Assembly (NCBI RefSeq): GCF_009914755.1
Contig: NC_060937.1
Length of the DNA stretch: 64,000 nucleotides
Direction: 5' to 3' (one strand)
From: the human T2T-CHM13v2.0 reference genome, Homo sapiens
Positions 24,761 through 36,500 of this stretch are shown here, piece by piece (positions within the stretch are counted from its first letter, which is position 1; every line of letters begins with the position of its first letter). A program made the position numbers and the translations under genes. Under the pieces are notes generated by a model that ran no database searches, was not told the DNA's origin, and was given only the letters and a program-made list of their open reading frames with translations.

Positions 24761-26010
24761 ATGCATGGATGATCGGATGAATGAATGGATGATTGGGTGA
24801 ACGAATGGATGATCAGATGGATAGATGATCGGATGAATGAATGAATGGATGATCAGAGGCATGGATAATCAGATGAATGGCTGGATGGATGGGTGACAGG
24901 ATGGCTGGATGATCAGTTGGATGAATGACCAGATGCATGGATGAATGATTAGATGAATAGATGGATGGATGGATGGATGATCAGATAGAAAGATGGATGG
25001 GTGATTAGATTAATGAATGAATGGATGATCAGATGGATGGATAATCAGATGGGTGGATGGATGGGTGACCAGAAGGATGGATGATCAGATGCATGTATGG
25101 ATGATTAGATGAATGGATGGATGATCAGATAGAAGGATGGATAGATAGATGGATGGATGATCAGATGGCTTAATGGATAGATGGTCAGATCGATGGATGG
25201 ATGGATGGATAATCAGATGGATGAATGAATGGATGGATGGTCAGATGAATGGATGGATGGTCAGATGAATGGATGGATGATCTGATAGATGGATGGATGA
25301 TCAGATGGATGGATGGATGAGTGACCAGATGGATGATCAGATGGAAGAATGATCAGATGCATGGATGGATGCTTAGATGAATGGATGGATGGATGGATGA
25401 TTAAATAGATGGATGAATGGATGGATGGTCAGATGGGTGGATGACCAGATAGAATGGTGGGTGGATGATCAGTTGGATAGATGGATGGATGCTCACATGA
25501 ATGAATGAACAAATGATCAGATGGATGGATAATCAGATGGATGGTTGAATGGATGAATGGGTGACCAAATGTATGGATGATCAGATGGATGAATGATCAG
25601 ATGCATGGATGGATGATTAGATGAATGAATGGATGGATGCATGATCAGATGGATGGATGATCAGATGGATAGATGGATGGATGATCAGATGAATTGGTGG
25701 ACCAAATGGACGAATAATCAGATGGATGGATGAATGGATGGATGGTCAGATGGATGGATGGATGATCAGATAGAAGGATGGATGAATGATAAGATTGATT
25801 AATGGATGGATAGATGGATGGATGGTAAGATGAATGGATGAATGATCAGATAGAGGGATGTATGGATGATCTGATGGATGGATGAATGGATGGATATCAG
25901 ATGGATGATCAGATGGATGGGTAGATGGATGGATGGATGGACAAATGAATGGATGATTGGATGGTTGGATGAATGGGTGGGTGGAGGAGTGGATGACTGA
26001 AAATGAATGG
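24753..26010. repeat. (GGAT)n-based simple repeat of about 1.25 kb with recurring GATGATCAGATG
   Basis: Read directly from the sequence. Confidence 0.96.
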
Positions 26011-26159
26011 AAAGGAGACAGCATCCCACAGAGATGTTCTCAGTATCTCACTAATATAATTCTCTTCCTGTATGCAATTCAAACATAACAGGTTCTCAGA
26101 GGCCTTCTTTGAGACCCTGAATGAGCCTCTATCTGACTTTTGCATTTTTATGAGCATTG

Positions 26160-26310
26160 TTTCACACAATTCTCACAGGTGTATAAAGGTTGTACTCTCT
26201 CCATTTCACAGATGAAAAACCTGAGGCTGAGTGTGACTTACCCAAGGTCACTCATGGGCTTCTGACCACGCACCTTCCATTCACAACCATGTCTGATCTC
26301 ACAGAGCCTG
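26160..26310 (-). mobile_element. MIR SINE
   Basis: CCATTTCACAGATGAAAAACCTGAGGCTGAG...GACTTACCCAAGGTCAC is the MIR core. Confidence 0.75.
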
Positions 26311-28131
26311 ATGTGAGTGGAGGTGCCAGATACTGACACAGCAGATGTGGCAGTGGTTGGACAGTACCTGCAGGCAGATGCACACCTGCACTTCTTCCTA
26401 GGCAGGAACATACATGTCTGTGCTCTTGCGTGATGCTGAAGGCTAGCTGGAGGCTCTGTGTGTCTCACTAGAACATTCTCCCCTGTTCCTAGAACACTTT
26501 GAATGTGTCTGTCCCTTGCTTCTTCTCTGAGGCCAATCACTGGAGAATGGATTTAGAGAGCCCTTCTTCACACTGTTCCAAAAGCCCCTCCAGGAATTCA
26601 GTGTGAGCTGAGAAGCTGTGTGCATGATGCCTGTTCCCTCTGTGGTCTAATCACAAAAAGTAGTGTTATTTCCAGCATCTTTAATGAGCCATTTTTACTT
26701 TGCAAATCACTTTGGGAACTGATTTTTACCCAGACTTCTATATATATTTCTATACTATTTGGGGGCATTTTTCCAAAAATGAGTGGGAATTTATGAGTGT
26801 GTCTATATAAAATATAACTCCCCAGATGATGGGAACAAAATTAAGCCAGCAGTGTAGATGCAGGGTGTCAGCAGTGGGCCTGGACAGAAACCGGCTCTGC
26901 CCTCACGTGGAGCCGACCGACGGGCTTGTTGGCTCATGGGCAGGGCTGACATCTCTCTTCCAAAGACTGTCCTGGCAGTGTGGCTGTGAGGAAGCGTGAG
27001 GAAGGCGGGCACTTCCTGAGCCTCCCAGGGATAATAATACACCTCCTGTTTGTTTGAAATAAACTAGGCACAAGAAGTGAGATTAATGATATGTCCAGAC
27101 CCAGTGTAATCACTAAAATTAGCAGAGGCAAGTTGCATAATGGAAATGGTGAAAGTTCTTCTTTCTGGTGCTCCTGAGCTGAACTGAATGGTTTGGGTAA
27201 TGAAGAATGCCAGCCCTGCTAACGAGAACAAGAATGTTTAACAGGAGGCTGCTGGGCTTCCTTGCTGATTATTATCCACTACTCCTGCTTGAATGGTGTT
27301 TGGGGTTAAATGTGAGAATCTGTGCTCTCTGCCTCTCCCTTTCTCTTCCTCCTCCTTCCTCTCTCTTTGCTTGTTGATTGTGCATTTTATAAATAGTGCT
27401 CAGGGTCAGGGGGATTAGGAAAAACATAACTCTCAATGGAAGGTAAGAATAGTAATGCTCCTCGGAGAAGGCATCATACAGCAAAGGCCATGCATTCCAG
27501 GGATGTGTGGCTTTTTCTCCTCAGTATTGCCACAGACACCTGACGTAGGTACGAGATTGATCTGCACACCAGCCCTGGAGCCTGTGTTTGGTTCATCAGC
27601 AGGATGCGCTCCCCTTCACTTGCATGTCAGAACATCAAAATCAATTCCTTTTTGATTTTTGCAACACCCAAATGGCTCAGCTAACAGATGACAAAGACTC
27701 TATTTATAGCAGATGATGTTGCATTACACATACAATTTTGCAGGAATTTAACAAAAAAACAAAAACAAAAAAACCCCTAAGAACACAATTTTCCTGCGTC
27801 ATTTACTGTCTCACGCGATTCATCGGCCCTCTCAGTACTGCATGGTGCAGTCTGCAGGCTGTCTTCCAAACAGGCGATCATCCCCCAGAGCTGCATCTGT
27901 GCCCCTGCCACCACATGGAGGTGCATTTCCTTGTATTCTGTGGAAAGGGTTTCAGGGTCTACCTCTCTTTTCCTCCCTTCTCGTGTTCTTGGTTGCTGGA
28001 AAACTGCAATGGAGTCTCAAACCTGGGGCGTGGGCTTTGTTGTATGTGTTACTACCTGCCTTTCCCCCTCCCCGTTTGTTCCTGTTCCCATACATGATGT
28101 GGGGGCAGAGTGGTGGTGGCAGCAACCAGTG

Positions 28132-28701
28132 TTGACAGCCTGTCACCTACTGAGTCTACGTCCATCTGGCCTCTGAATAGTTCATGACCTACTGAGGCCT
28201 GCTGTCCACCTAGCCTCTGGACAGCTTATCACCTACTGAGGCCTGCTGTCCAGTGGGCTTCTGGACAGCCTATGACCTATTGATGCCTGTCCTTCTAGCC
28301 TCTGAGCAGCTCTTGACCTACTGATGCCCGCTGTCCACCTGGCCTCTGGACAGCCCAGGACCTAGTGATGCCTGCTGTCCAACTGGCGCCTGGACAGCCC
28401 ATGATGTACTGATGTCTGCTGTCCACCTGGCCTCTGGACAGTCCAGGACCTACTGATGTCTGCTGTCCACCTGGCCCTGGACAGCTCATTATCTACTACT
28501 GATGCCTGCTGTCCACCTGGCCTCTGGACAGCCCATGACCTACTGATGCCTGCTGTCCCCCTGGCCTCTGGACAGCCCATGACCTACTGATGCCTGCTGT
28601 CCACCTGGCCTCTGGACAGCTCATGACCTACTGATGGCTGCTGTCCAACTGGCTTCTGGACAACTCATGACCTACTGACACCTGCTGTCTGCCTGGCCTC
28701 T
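28132..28701. repeat. Minisatellite, 44-bp unit GATGCCTGCTGTCCACCTGGCCTCTGGACAGCCCATGACCTACT, about 13 diverged copies
   Basis: Period 44 (e.g. GATGCC at 28501 and 28545). Each unit has the internal inverted repeat GCTGTCCA/TGGACAGC. Confidence 0.93.
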
Positions 28702-31700
28702 TAGGAGGCCAACGTGAGCATAAGTGCAAAACTTGGGATGAAACTTGAAATTTGCTTTATGGAATGGGAGATTTTTAAAATTAAATTTTATTTTTTGGAA
28801 TTACCTTCTAAAGCCACCGAAAGTTAATTGGTAGGATATCACAGGGGTGTTTTAACTTTTCTTTGAATTCTCTCCAATCTTAGTAACACAGCTGACTGGG
28901 GCAATGGCATCTCACTTCTACTTGATTTCTAAATATTTGTTAACTAATATTCTTCATTTATGCTAAGATAGACAGTTTTTACATTTAATAATTTTAGAAT
29001 CAGGTGCATTTCACCATCCATCACAACTTACAGTGATAACCGACCACATGTTTCTTTCTTACTGGTATGCAAGGTAATGGTGTGTCTTATACTGGCAAAG
29101 TCTTACATGTAATTAAAAATATTATGGTTCTGCTGTCCCATGTTCCTGAAGACAGGCTTGGTTTCTGCTGCTCCATTCTGGGGAAGCACAGGGGGTCTCC
29201 CATGAGCTCTTGGGGCTGCCCTCCATGGGGCAGAGCAATAGCACAGAACACCAATGCTTAGTGGTCACTGCATTGACCCTAACCCCCGCCAGGCCTGAGT
29301 TGCTGGGGTTCAGTATTACTCCAGAGGGAATGTGTGTGCATGTGTGTGCCTGTGATTTTAGGCGTTGACGGCGAGTGAGTAGGATGCTTTACTGATTCCA
29401 AATTGTTTTTTGGAAGATGAACAGGTTTATTTATCTTTCTATCATCTGTTTGCCACTTTGACTGGATTCTGGCAATTCTCGGCTCTGTGGATTAGACACG
29501 TGCTCTCTCCTTCCGTCCCTGCTCCTCCCCCCTCCCCCTCCTCCCTCCCTGTTTCCTTTCTAGAGCTGGGCTTCTGCTGGCCTGGCCCTGCGGCCGCCTG
29601 TGCCGTATCCACGTAGCCTCCCCTCTTTGCCTCTCTCAGCCACTCAGCTCATCAGTTCTTCATCCATAACAGGTCTCTTCTGCCCCTATTTGGTCAGCAT
29701 GAAATGCATATTTTCTTGTTTTTTAATTTGGAAGCTTGGTTTCTCAGCTCACAGCTGCTTTCCTTCACAGCCAGGGCTGCCTGCGTGCAGCCTTCTGAGA
29801 CGGGCTGGAGGTGTCTTGACCTCTAGCCTCTTTCTTGTCACGCTCACGGCCACGCAAGGTCCCTTGGCTTCTTGGGCACGTGTCTCCTACTTACAAAGGT
29901 GATTTAAGTCCCAGTTCTTTTGAGGATCCCTTGGCAACATTCTTGGGCTGCCGATTCTCTTAGGGGAAGATGAACATCTCCCAGTCTGCTGGAAGTTCCT
30001 ACCCGCTCATGCCCAGCACTAAAGCTGCTGCCTCACCGGGGGTGGGAGTGGAGGCAGAAAGGCCCTGTTTCTGCTAAGCCAGGAGGCAGGGCTTTGCTGT
30101 ATAACAGAATGGCCCCGGCTGGGCAGTGGAATAATTTCCCGTTGAGTCCTCTGGAGTCTTTGCCCCGTGCCTGGTGTTGGCAGTCTAGGTGACTCTTCCT
30201 TGGCTGAGGTGCTCCCCGCGGGCCTTTGCAGTCAGAGCTCAGGACCACAATTCCCGGGGGTGGGGCTTCAGGCTGCTGTCCTGCTGGCTGGCTCTACCAG
30301 CTTTGCTCACCAAGGGGACCCCAGACATCCCTCAAAGGCTGCCATCAAAGCAGGTAAATGACACAGAAGGAAGATTCCTCCATCTGTGTGTGGTGGGGTG
30401 GTCTCCAGATCCTGGCCCTGACCGGGCAGGAGACGCTCAGGTGCTTCATTTGTTGAGGGAATTATCCTGGAACTGTGTCTGACAGATCAGCCCGTTGGCG
30501 CGGTTTTCCTCCACGCCCTCCATGTAGTGGATGGGTACAGTCTGCCCATACACACCTGGAGAGAAGAAGGCTCTGAAGAGGTGCCATGCGCCCAGGTTTC
30601 CCTTCAGCACCACCACCAGCTGTCTACAGGCAGACATACAGTTGGAGCTTGTTTTTACACTGTGAGCTGAAGGCGGTAAAGTCTGCTTCTATGCAACCCA
30701 AGGTTTTTGTGAAGCAGCTTTAGGACAGAGGGTGGAGCTCACATTGCTTCACAGTTAGTGTTGGATTTGGTGGCCTGGCCTCTCCGCAGACCTGCGGGTG
30801 TGTGCATGTTGCCGCCCTGCTTCCCTCTGCCCAGGGACTGGGCCATGCTTCGGTCTATCAGAGGCATTCTACTGCTGCGGCCCCTTCGTGTAGGTGGAAT
30901 ATTGAAGCTGGGACTCGTGGGAGGAAGTCTTGTATTTTGCAACAGAAGGAAATATGTTAAATAACAATAAGGAGATTGGGAAGAATTTCATCTTTTTAAA
31001 AGGATCTCTGCTTTCTATTTCCAGAAGAAAGAGGTTTCCTTTCTCTTTAGAATATTTAAAGTCAGAAAGCATTACAGAGAGTTCTAATTTTGCACCATTT
31101 TTCTTATTGAAATTTTCTTTCCAGAGATGGTTTAAGGGTTTCTACTGTTGTTACAGACTTCGTTTCTACTGTGTCATTTATTAAATGAATTTTTTAAAAT
31201 CTAAAGTTAAAATACATTCATTCTCAGGCAATATTTTACAAGATGCTGGTTATTTGAATTTAGACACCATCTTAGGTTTTGCTAAAAAAAATGCATTGAA
31301 ACAGTTTTAAATAAAATCTGGGTGCAGGCATTGCAAAATATTTTATTGACAATGTAACAATTACTGGACTGTGATTTCATGTTGTGTATTTTAGTGCTAT
31401 CGTTCTTCTTCCAGTCTGTCTGGCTGAGCCACGTTATGGGTCTGTCATCAGCAACTGGAGGCCGTGGCAGCTGGGACGGGTTGAGAGATTTTCCACTTTG
31501 GACTTAGTTGCATTTCTAGCTTTTGCAAATAGATGGCACTTTTGACTTACCCTAGAATATTGCTGATCAGACCGTAGCACAAGAAAAATACTTAAAATGG
31601 TCTGTGTGTCTAAGTCAGAAATGTGTTAGTTACTATTCACATGAAGGCCAGAAATTAAAATTAAGCCTCTCGGGAGACAGAGTATCGCATCTCTCTCTTA

Positions 31701-32055
31701 AATGCTAAAACCTTAAACACACACAACCAGCCCAAGTATAAAATGTGTGCATTTTATGTAATGTTTTAAAAAATGTTTATTGTACAGCATTGCAGGCTTT
31801 GATCTGGAAGAGCAAAAGAAAATGGTGTAAAGAAAGTTTTATTTGGAAATAGGATCGCATGGGTCTGTGTGTGTTTTTAGTATCTGTACTTTGCTGTGAA
31901 AAGCCCTTGCGAATATATTTTCCTCCCCCTTTTCTCTCTTCAGCACACACGCGTACAGCCATGCACACGCACACACGTGCACAGAGGAGGCACTTGGACC
32001 CTCACGCACACAGAGGGGAAAAAAATCAGGCTGTTGTCTTGCAAGTGTTACTTAC

Positions 32056-32094
32056 CATATTAATTAAAATCTGGTGACATGATAACACCACCAG
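32056..32094 (-). other. Candidate 39-nt internal exon
   Basis: Minus strand ttaatttccctcgctttcccacacag|CTGGTG...TAATATG|gtaagt, with a strong acceptor and a consensus donor. Confidence 0.35.
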
Positions 32095-33532
32095 CTGTGT
32101 GGGAAAGCGAGGGAAATTAACAAACGTTTGATTTGTTGTGTTGCTAATGTGACACTTATTATACAGGTCATAGTAAAACAATACCTCAGCCCAAATATGC
32201 TAATGCAGCAGTGAACTGTTGCCGTTGTAGAAACATTGGCGTTTATTATAATCAGGCAGAATAGCACATTACCTTTAAGAGAAGGTATGATCTTTGAATC
32301 TAATAACATAACTAAATTTTTAACCATTCAGTCATTAGAAATAAAAAATGCAGGAAAAAACTTTTCCTGTGTAATTTTGAAAATGGAATATGAAAACAGA
32401 ACTTATTTAAATTAATCTGGGCTCAAGGAAAATATATTTGTTGTTTAGTTTTTAAAGTTTTGCTATGATAAGAAACTGAATTATATAGAATATTAGCATA
32501 TTGAATATGCTGTTGTGTGTTTTATCATCAAATAGTCAAATTTATAAAGATCAGAATAGTTTAAAATCAGGTTATATGTAAGAAGAAATTGTCATATTCA
32601 TTTATTCATCCTGGAGGTTATAATGCTTCTACTATGAGTCAAAGTCTAAATTATTTTCAAAACAGTATAAACAAAATAGTCTAATATGAAAGGAACTTGT
32701 CACACATCCCCTTCCTCCTCACTCTGCTTCGTTCTCCCAAAGTCTGCAAAGAAGAAGCAACTGCACACTTTCTCAAAACACTTAGCAAACTTTTCCCCAC
32801 TGTTCTCTGAGGCAGCTGTCAGAATCTGGGTCTACATGTCCAGGAGGCAAAAGAAAATGCAAGATGCTCCCATTTGCTATAATTTATGTCATGAATTTCG
32901 TGGAGATCATATTCAGCACTTGGCATCTGCACACTCACAAAAACATAGGATTTTTACCTTCCCACAGGGTCCTTCCTTGCAGTGGCTTTTCATTATGGGG
33001 CCACATTCTCTCCAGCCTAGATGAGATTTCTTTCTCCCTTCCTTGCTTCTCTTTCGGTGTTTTGATCAGGCTGCTGAAATGGGGTGTATGAAATCAAGCA
33101 TTTGTTTGACAGTTTTTGACAGTGGATTATGTAGATTGTGCCTGAGAGAACAGGAGTCATTCAGAACTGAATTTGGAGCAAGCTGTCTAGATCAAAGGTC
33201 AGATGGTGCGGGGTCAATGGGGCAGAGACTTCACCCTCTTAAGTGGGAGACCGTGTGCAAAAAGATATGAGCATTGGAAGATGGGCATCCAGGGAAGGCT
33301 ACAGGAAGGCGAGTCAATCCCATGGCATCAACAGCCCAGGTCCGTGAAGTTCCTCTGAACCTTGGTTCCTTTATACCAAGAAAACTCACTTGCCTCTGGG
33401 GCTCTGCCCTGCAGAAATGTGAATCCACTCCTGAAGTCAGGCCCAGGAACACGGGAGACCGTCCCCCTTCACCTGTGAGCTCATCTGCAATTGCCACAGC
33501 CGCCTTCAGGCCTCAAATGTGATGAAATGCAA

Positions 33533-33589
33533 TTTCTTTCTTTCTTTTTTTTTTTTTTTAAGACTTTAAGTTCTAGGGTACATGTGCAC
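33533..33589 (-). mobile_element. Extremely 5'-truncated L1PA 3' end plus poly(A)
   Basis: T-run followed by ACTTTAAGTTCTAGGGTACATGTGCAC, the antisense L1PA terminus. Confidence 0.8.
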
Positions 33590-36500
33590 TTCTAACTTGG
33601 ATTGCTGCATGTTCTGTTGGCAGAGGAAAAATAATTTTGTATCTGTGCCTCAGATAATAATTCCACTCAACAAGCAAAGGGTTGATAATTAAGTCAAAAG
33701 GGCACTTTCTGAATGACAAGGACTCTGCTAGAGTCTGGGCTGGAAGCTCTAACTTCAGAAATGCCATAATAACAGTTTGCTTTCAAGCGATGTATTTGAG
33801 CTGTGTAGAGAGCAGCCCTTGTTATTGATTAAATCCATATAAATAAACACATCTACTGCTTGTGTGAGACCAAAACAAGATTAGGTTCAAAATATGATAC
33901 TGTGTACACATACACTTGGTCATTAGGAGGGAATTCTCAACTCTGTGCAAACAGATGCAGCCCAGAGAGGTTTGCTCACAGCAAAACTTCCTTCTCTCTA
34001 AATCAGTGGTTTTAATGAAGACTTCGTGACGGAACTGGCATTTCAAAATGCAAAGACATTTAACTCTGACAAAAAAAAAGTTTATTTAGCTTGGAATGGA
34101 TTTGTTTCTGCTTTGAAGAGCTTGTTTTTTTCTAAACATTAAATTATTAATGAAAGATTGAAAGCAATAAATGGGGATAATAATAAATGTTACGGTCGTG
34201 GTGCTGGGTAGAGGAAAATTTCCAGCGATTCTGTAGGGATTTTCCTTCATTCCTGAGAGCCAGGCATAGATCCAGTAAGCGTGGTTTTGTGTAAACTTCC
34301 CACCTGGCATTATGCTGGGACAGACCGTGACGTGTTCAGTGATGTTAAGGAGAATCAATTCAGTAACAGAGATACCCAGTGTATGATTTGAATCTATTAA
34401 ATAAATGTCATTCAAATACCATTATATATATTAAAAAACACACTTAACGTTGATGAGAAATCCAGGTATGGTGTTCTACCAGGGTGAAGTGATTGAACTG
34501 GGAAGTATACCGCTGGAGCAGCATTATTAAGTAGTTTCCAAGTCTGCTCTACTCACTGACTCCCTCCTGCCCCAGTTAAAGCCAAAGCAAAGGAAACCAA
34601 CCGCTTGCAGCGGCCGCTGCATAAGGAGAGCGCTCACCCAGCACCCTGAGACAGCCTGATGTGTCCAGGTCCTGGTAGGGTGTACGATTGCATAGAAAAG
34701 CCAACGGCTGCTTAATATTCTCTACTTAAGAAAATAATTACCCATCACCCGGATGGAGGATGCTGAGCCCTGCCTGTTCCTTGTTCGTCTCTCTCTTCCC
34801 CTCCTATGCGCACTTTTCGCAGAGCCCCAGCCAGCCGCCTTCAGGAGAGGACGAACCTGGGCGCGTTTTCACCCGTCCTGGGACATATTAACGCCATTTT
34901 GGCTGAATGTGCAGAGCTACCCATAATCGTTGTAGCCAGTACGTTAGCATCATTTAATTTAATTTGCACGTTTTCTTCATCTCGGGAAGAAAAATAAATA
35001 GCTGCAGGCTGATGTGCACTCCCATCCGAAAGAATGCTGTCAACTGCAGGAAGTCTTGCTTTTGTTGTAGTGTCTTTTTTTTTTTTTATAAACCACCCCC
35101 CTCCCCGCCCACCTTCTTTATCCACTCTTCCTGCAGCCTTTCAAGGTCTTCTCTTTGACTCAGCTCCATTAATTGCTGAGAAGACCACCCAGCCTTCTCA
35201 AGAGTATTGTTCTCCACTCCACCTTGATTCTCCTGGAGGTTCTTAGAATGCGTCTTTGATATCTGGCTACTGTACCTCCTTCTAATTACATTAATCTACG
35301 TAATTGTACTCACATTCATTTTAATTATTCTTTGCATAAGACCCCAATCAGTTAATTTTCTCCACACAGCAGATTTTGTTGTGGTTTTCAGTCTACTTAA
35401 AGAACCGGGGAAACGATTATACAAAACAGACAGTATTTCTCACGCTTTTTTGCCTGCCAGGGTAGCCAAAGAGTGCATCTCACTGCAGCATGAAGCTACT
35501 GTGCCCTGTAGAGCTTCACAGTGCTTTAATTTTCAGTTTTCAGTTTTGTTTGATCCCGCTGAATATATGTGCATACACAGCACATTAAGACAGAGGTACA
35601 CAGCCTTCTTTTGCGTATAAAAATATAAATCTTGTGTCACTAATTGAGAAAGATTATTATTTAGTTGTTCCCTTATTTAGAAGTGAGGTAAGAAAACATT
35701 TTTGACCGTCTAAATGTTAACTTTTGCTGCTTCGTGTGCCAGGGTAACGCCCGAGCTCTGAACAAACCTCCTTTATTTAGAGGGGAGTTAAAATAAGCTT
35801 CAGTCTGACCGTTCTCTCCTGTTCCTGGCAGCATGGAATTAATATATTACTTATTTTCTCCAATTTTCCACAAATACTGGGAAGGGTGTGGTGTAGAGAA
35901 AAGAAATTCAAAACATACCATTTGGATTTTAAGGACAGTTTTTGAAAAAGACCAATTTCCATATTTCAACACTTTTTGGTGTGATCCATGAAACATTTTG
36001 ATATGATTTAGCGAAAACAGTTTTTGCATCAGGAACGCTATAGCTGCCTCATCTGCATCTGTAAAGACTGCAGAATGGAATCACATTAGGTATAAATTCA
36101 ATGCAAAAAAAAAAAGACGCCCTTCGTTAATGCAACATGATGGGAGGAAAGTTAAATGCACAAAAGTCATAAAATTCAGTGTTCCGGTTCTCACAGCAAT
36201 TATAGTGTGGTCGTATTTGCATAGTTGGCTTTATATATGCTGTTAGATTTGCTACCTTTAGAGGGAAGTGGCGTCTCTTTTGCTCAGCCCAACAATCATT
36301 AGGAAGGAGGGACTGGCGGCGATGAATAAAACTGTGAAATGAATTTTCTCGGTTTAATCACAGTTTGTGTTTCCAAACTGAAACTAGGGTAGATGGATCT
36401 TTTCTCATCAGAAGAAATGTCGGTTATACACAGGATGGAATATCTACCAGGGGAAACAGCATGTCAACCCTCCCCTTCCAGGAGGACGTTGAGAACTCTG

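Larger units (their letters stand above)
31000..36400. promoter_or_regulatory. Repeat-poor AT-rich block, candidate conserved non-coding enhancer cluster
   Basis: Composition shifts sharply from the flanks, with almost no recognisable transposons and clustered TAAT/TAATTA and ATTTGCA motifs. Conservation was not tested. Confidence 0.4.

Noticed and set aside
28132-28701. CRISPR-like palindromic repeats
   Set aside because: The linkers are homologous rather than unique spacers, there are no cas genes, and the context is primate DNA.
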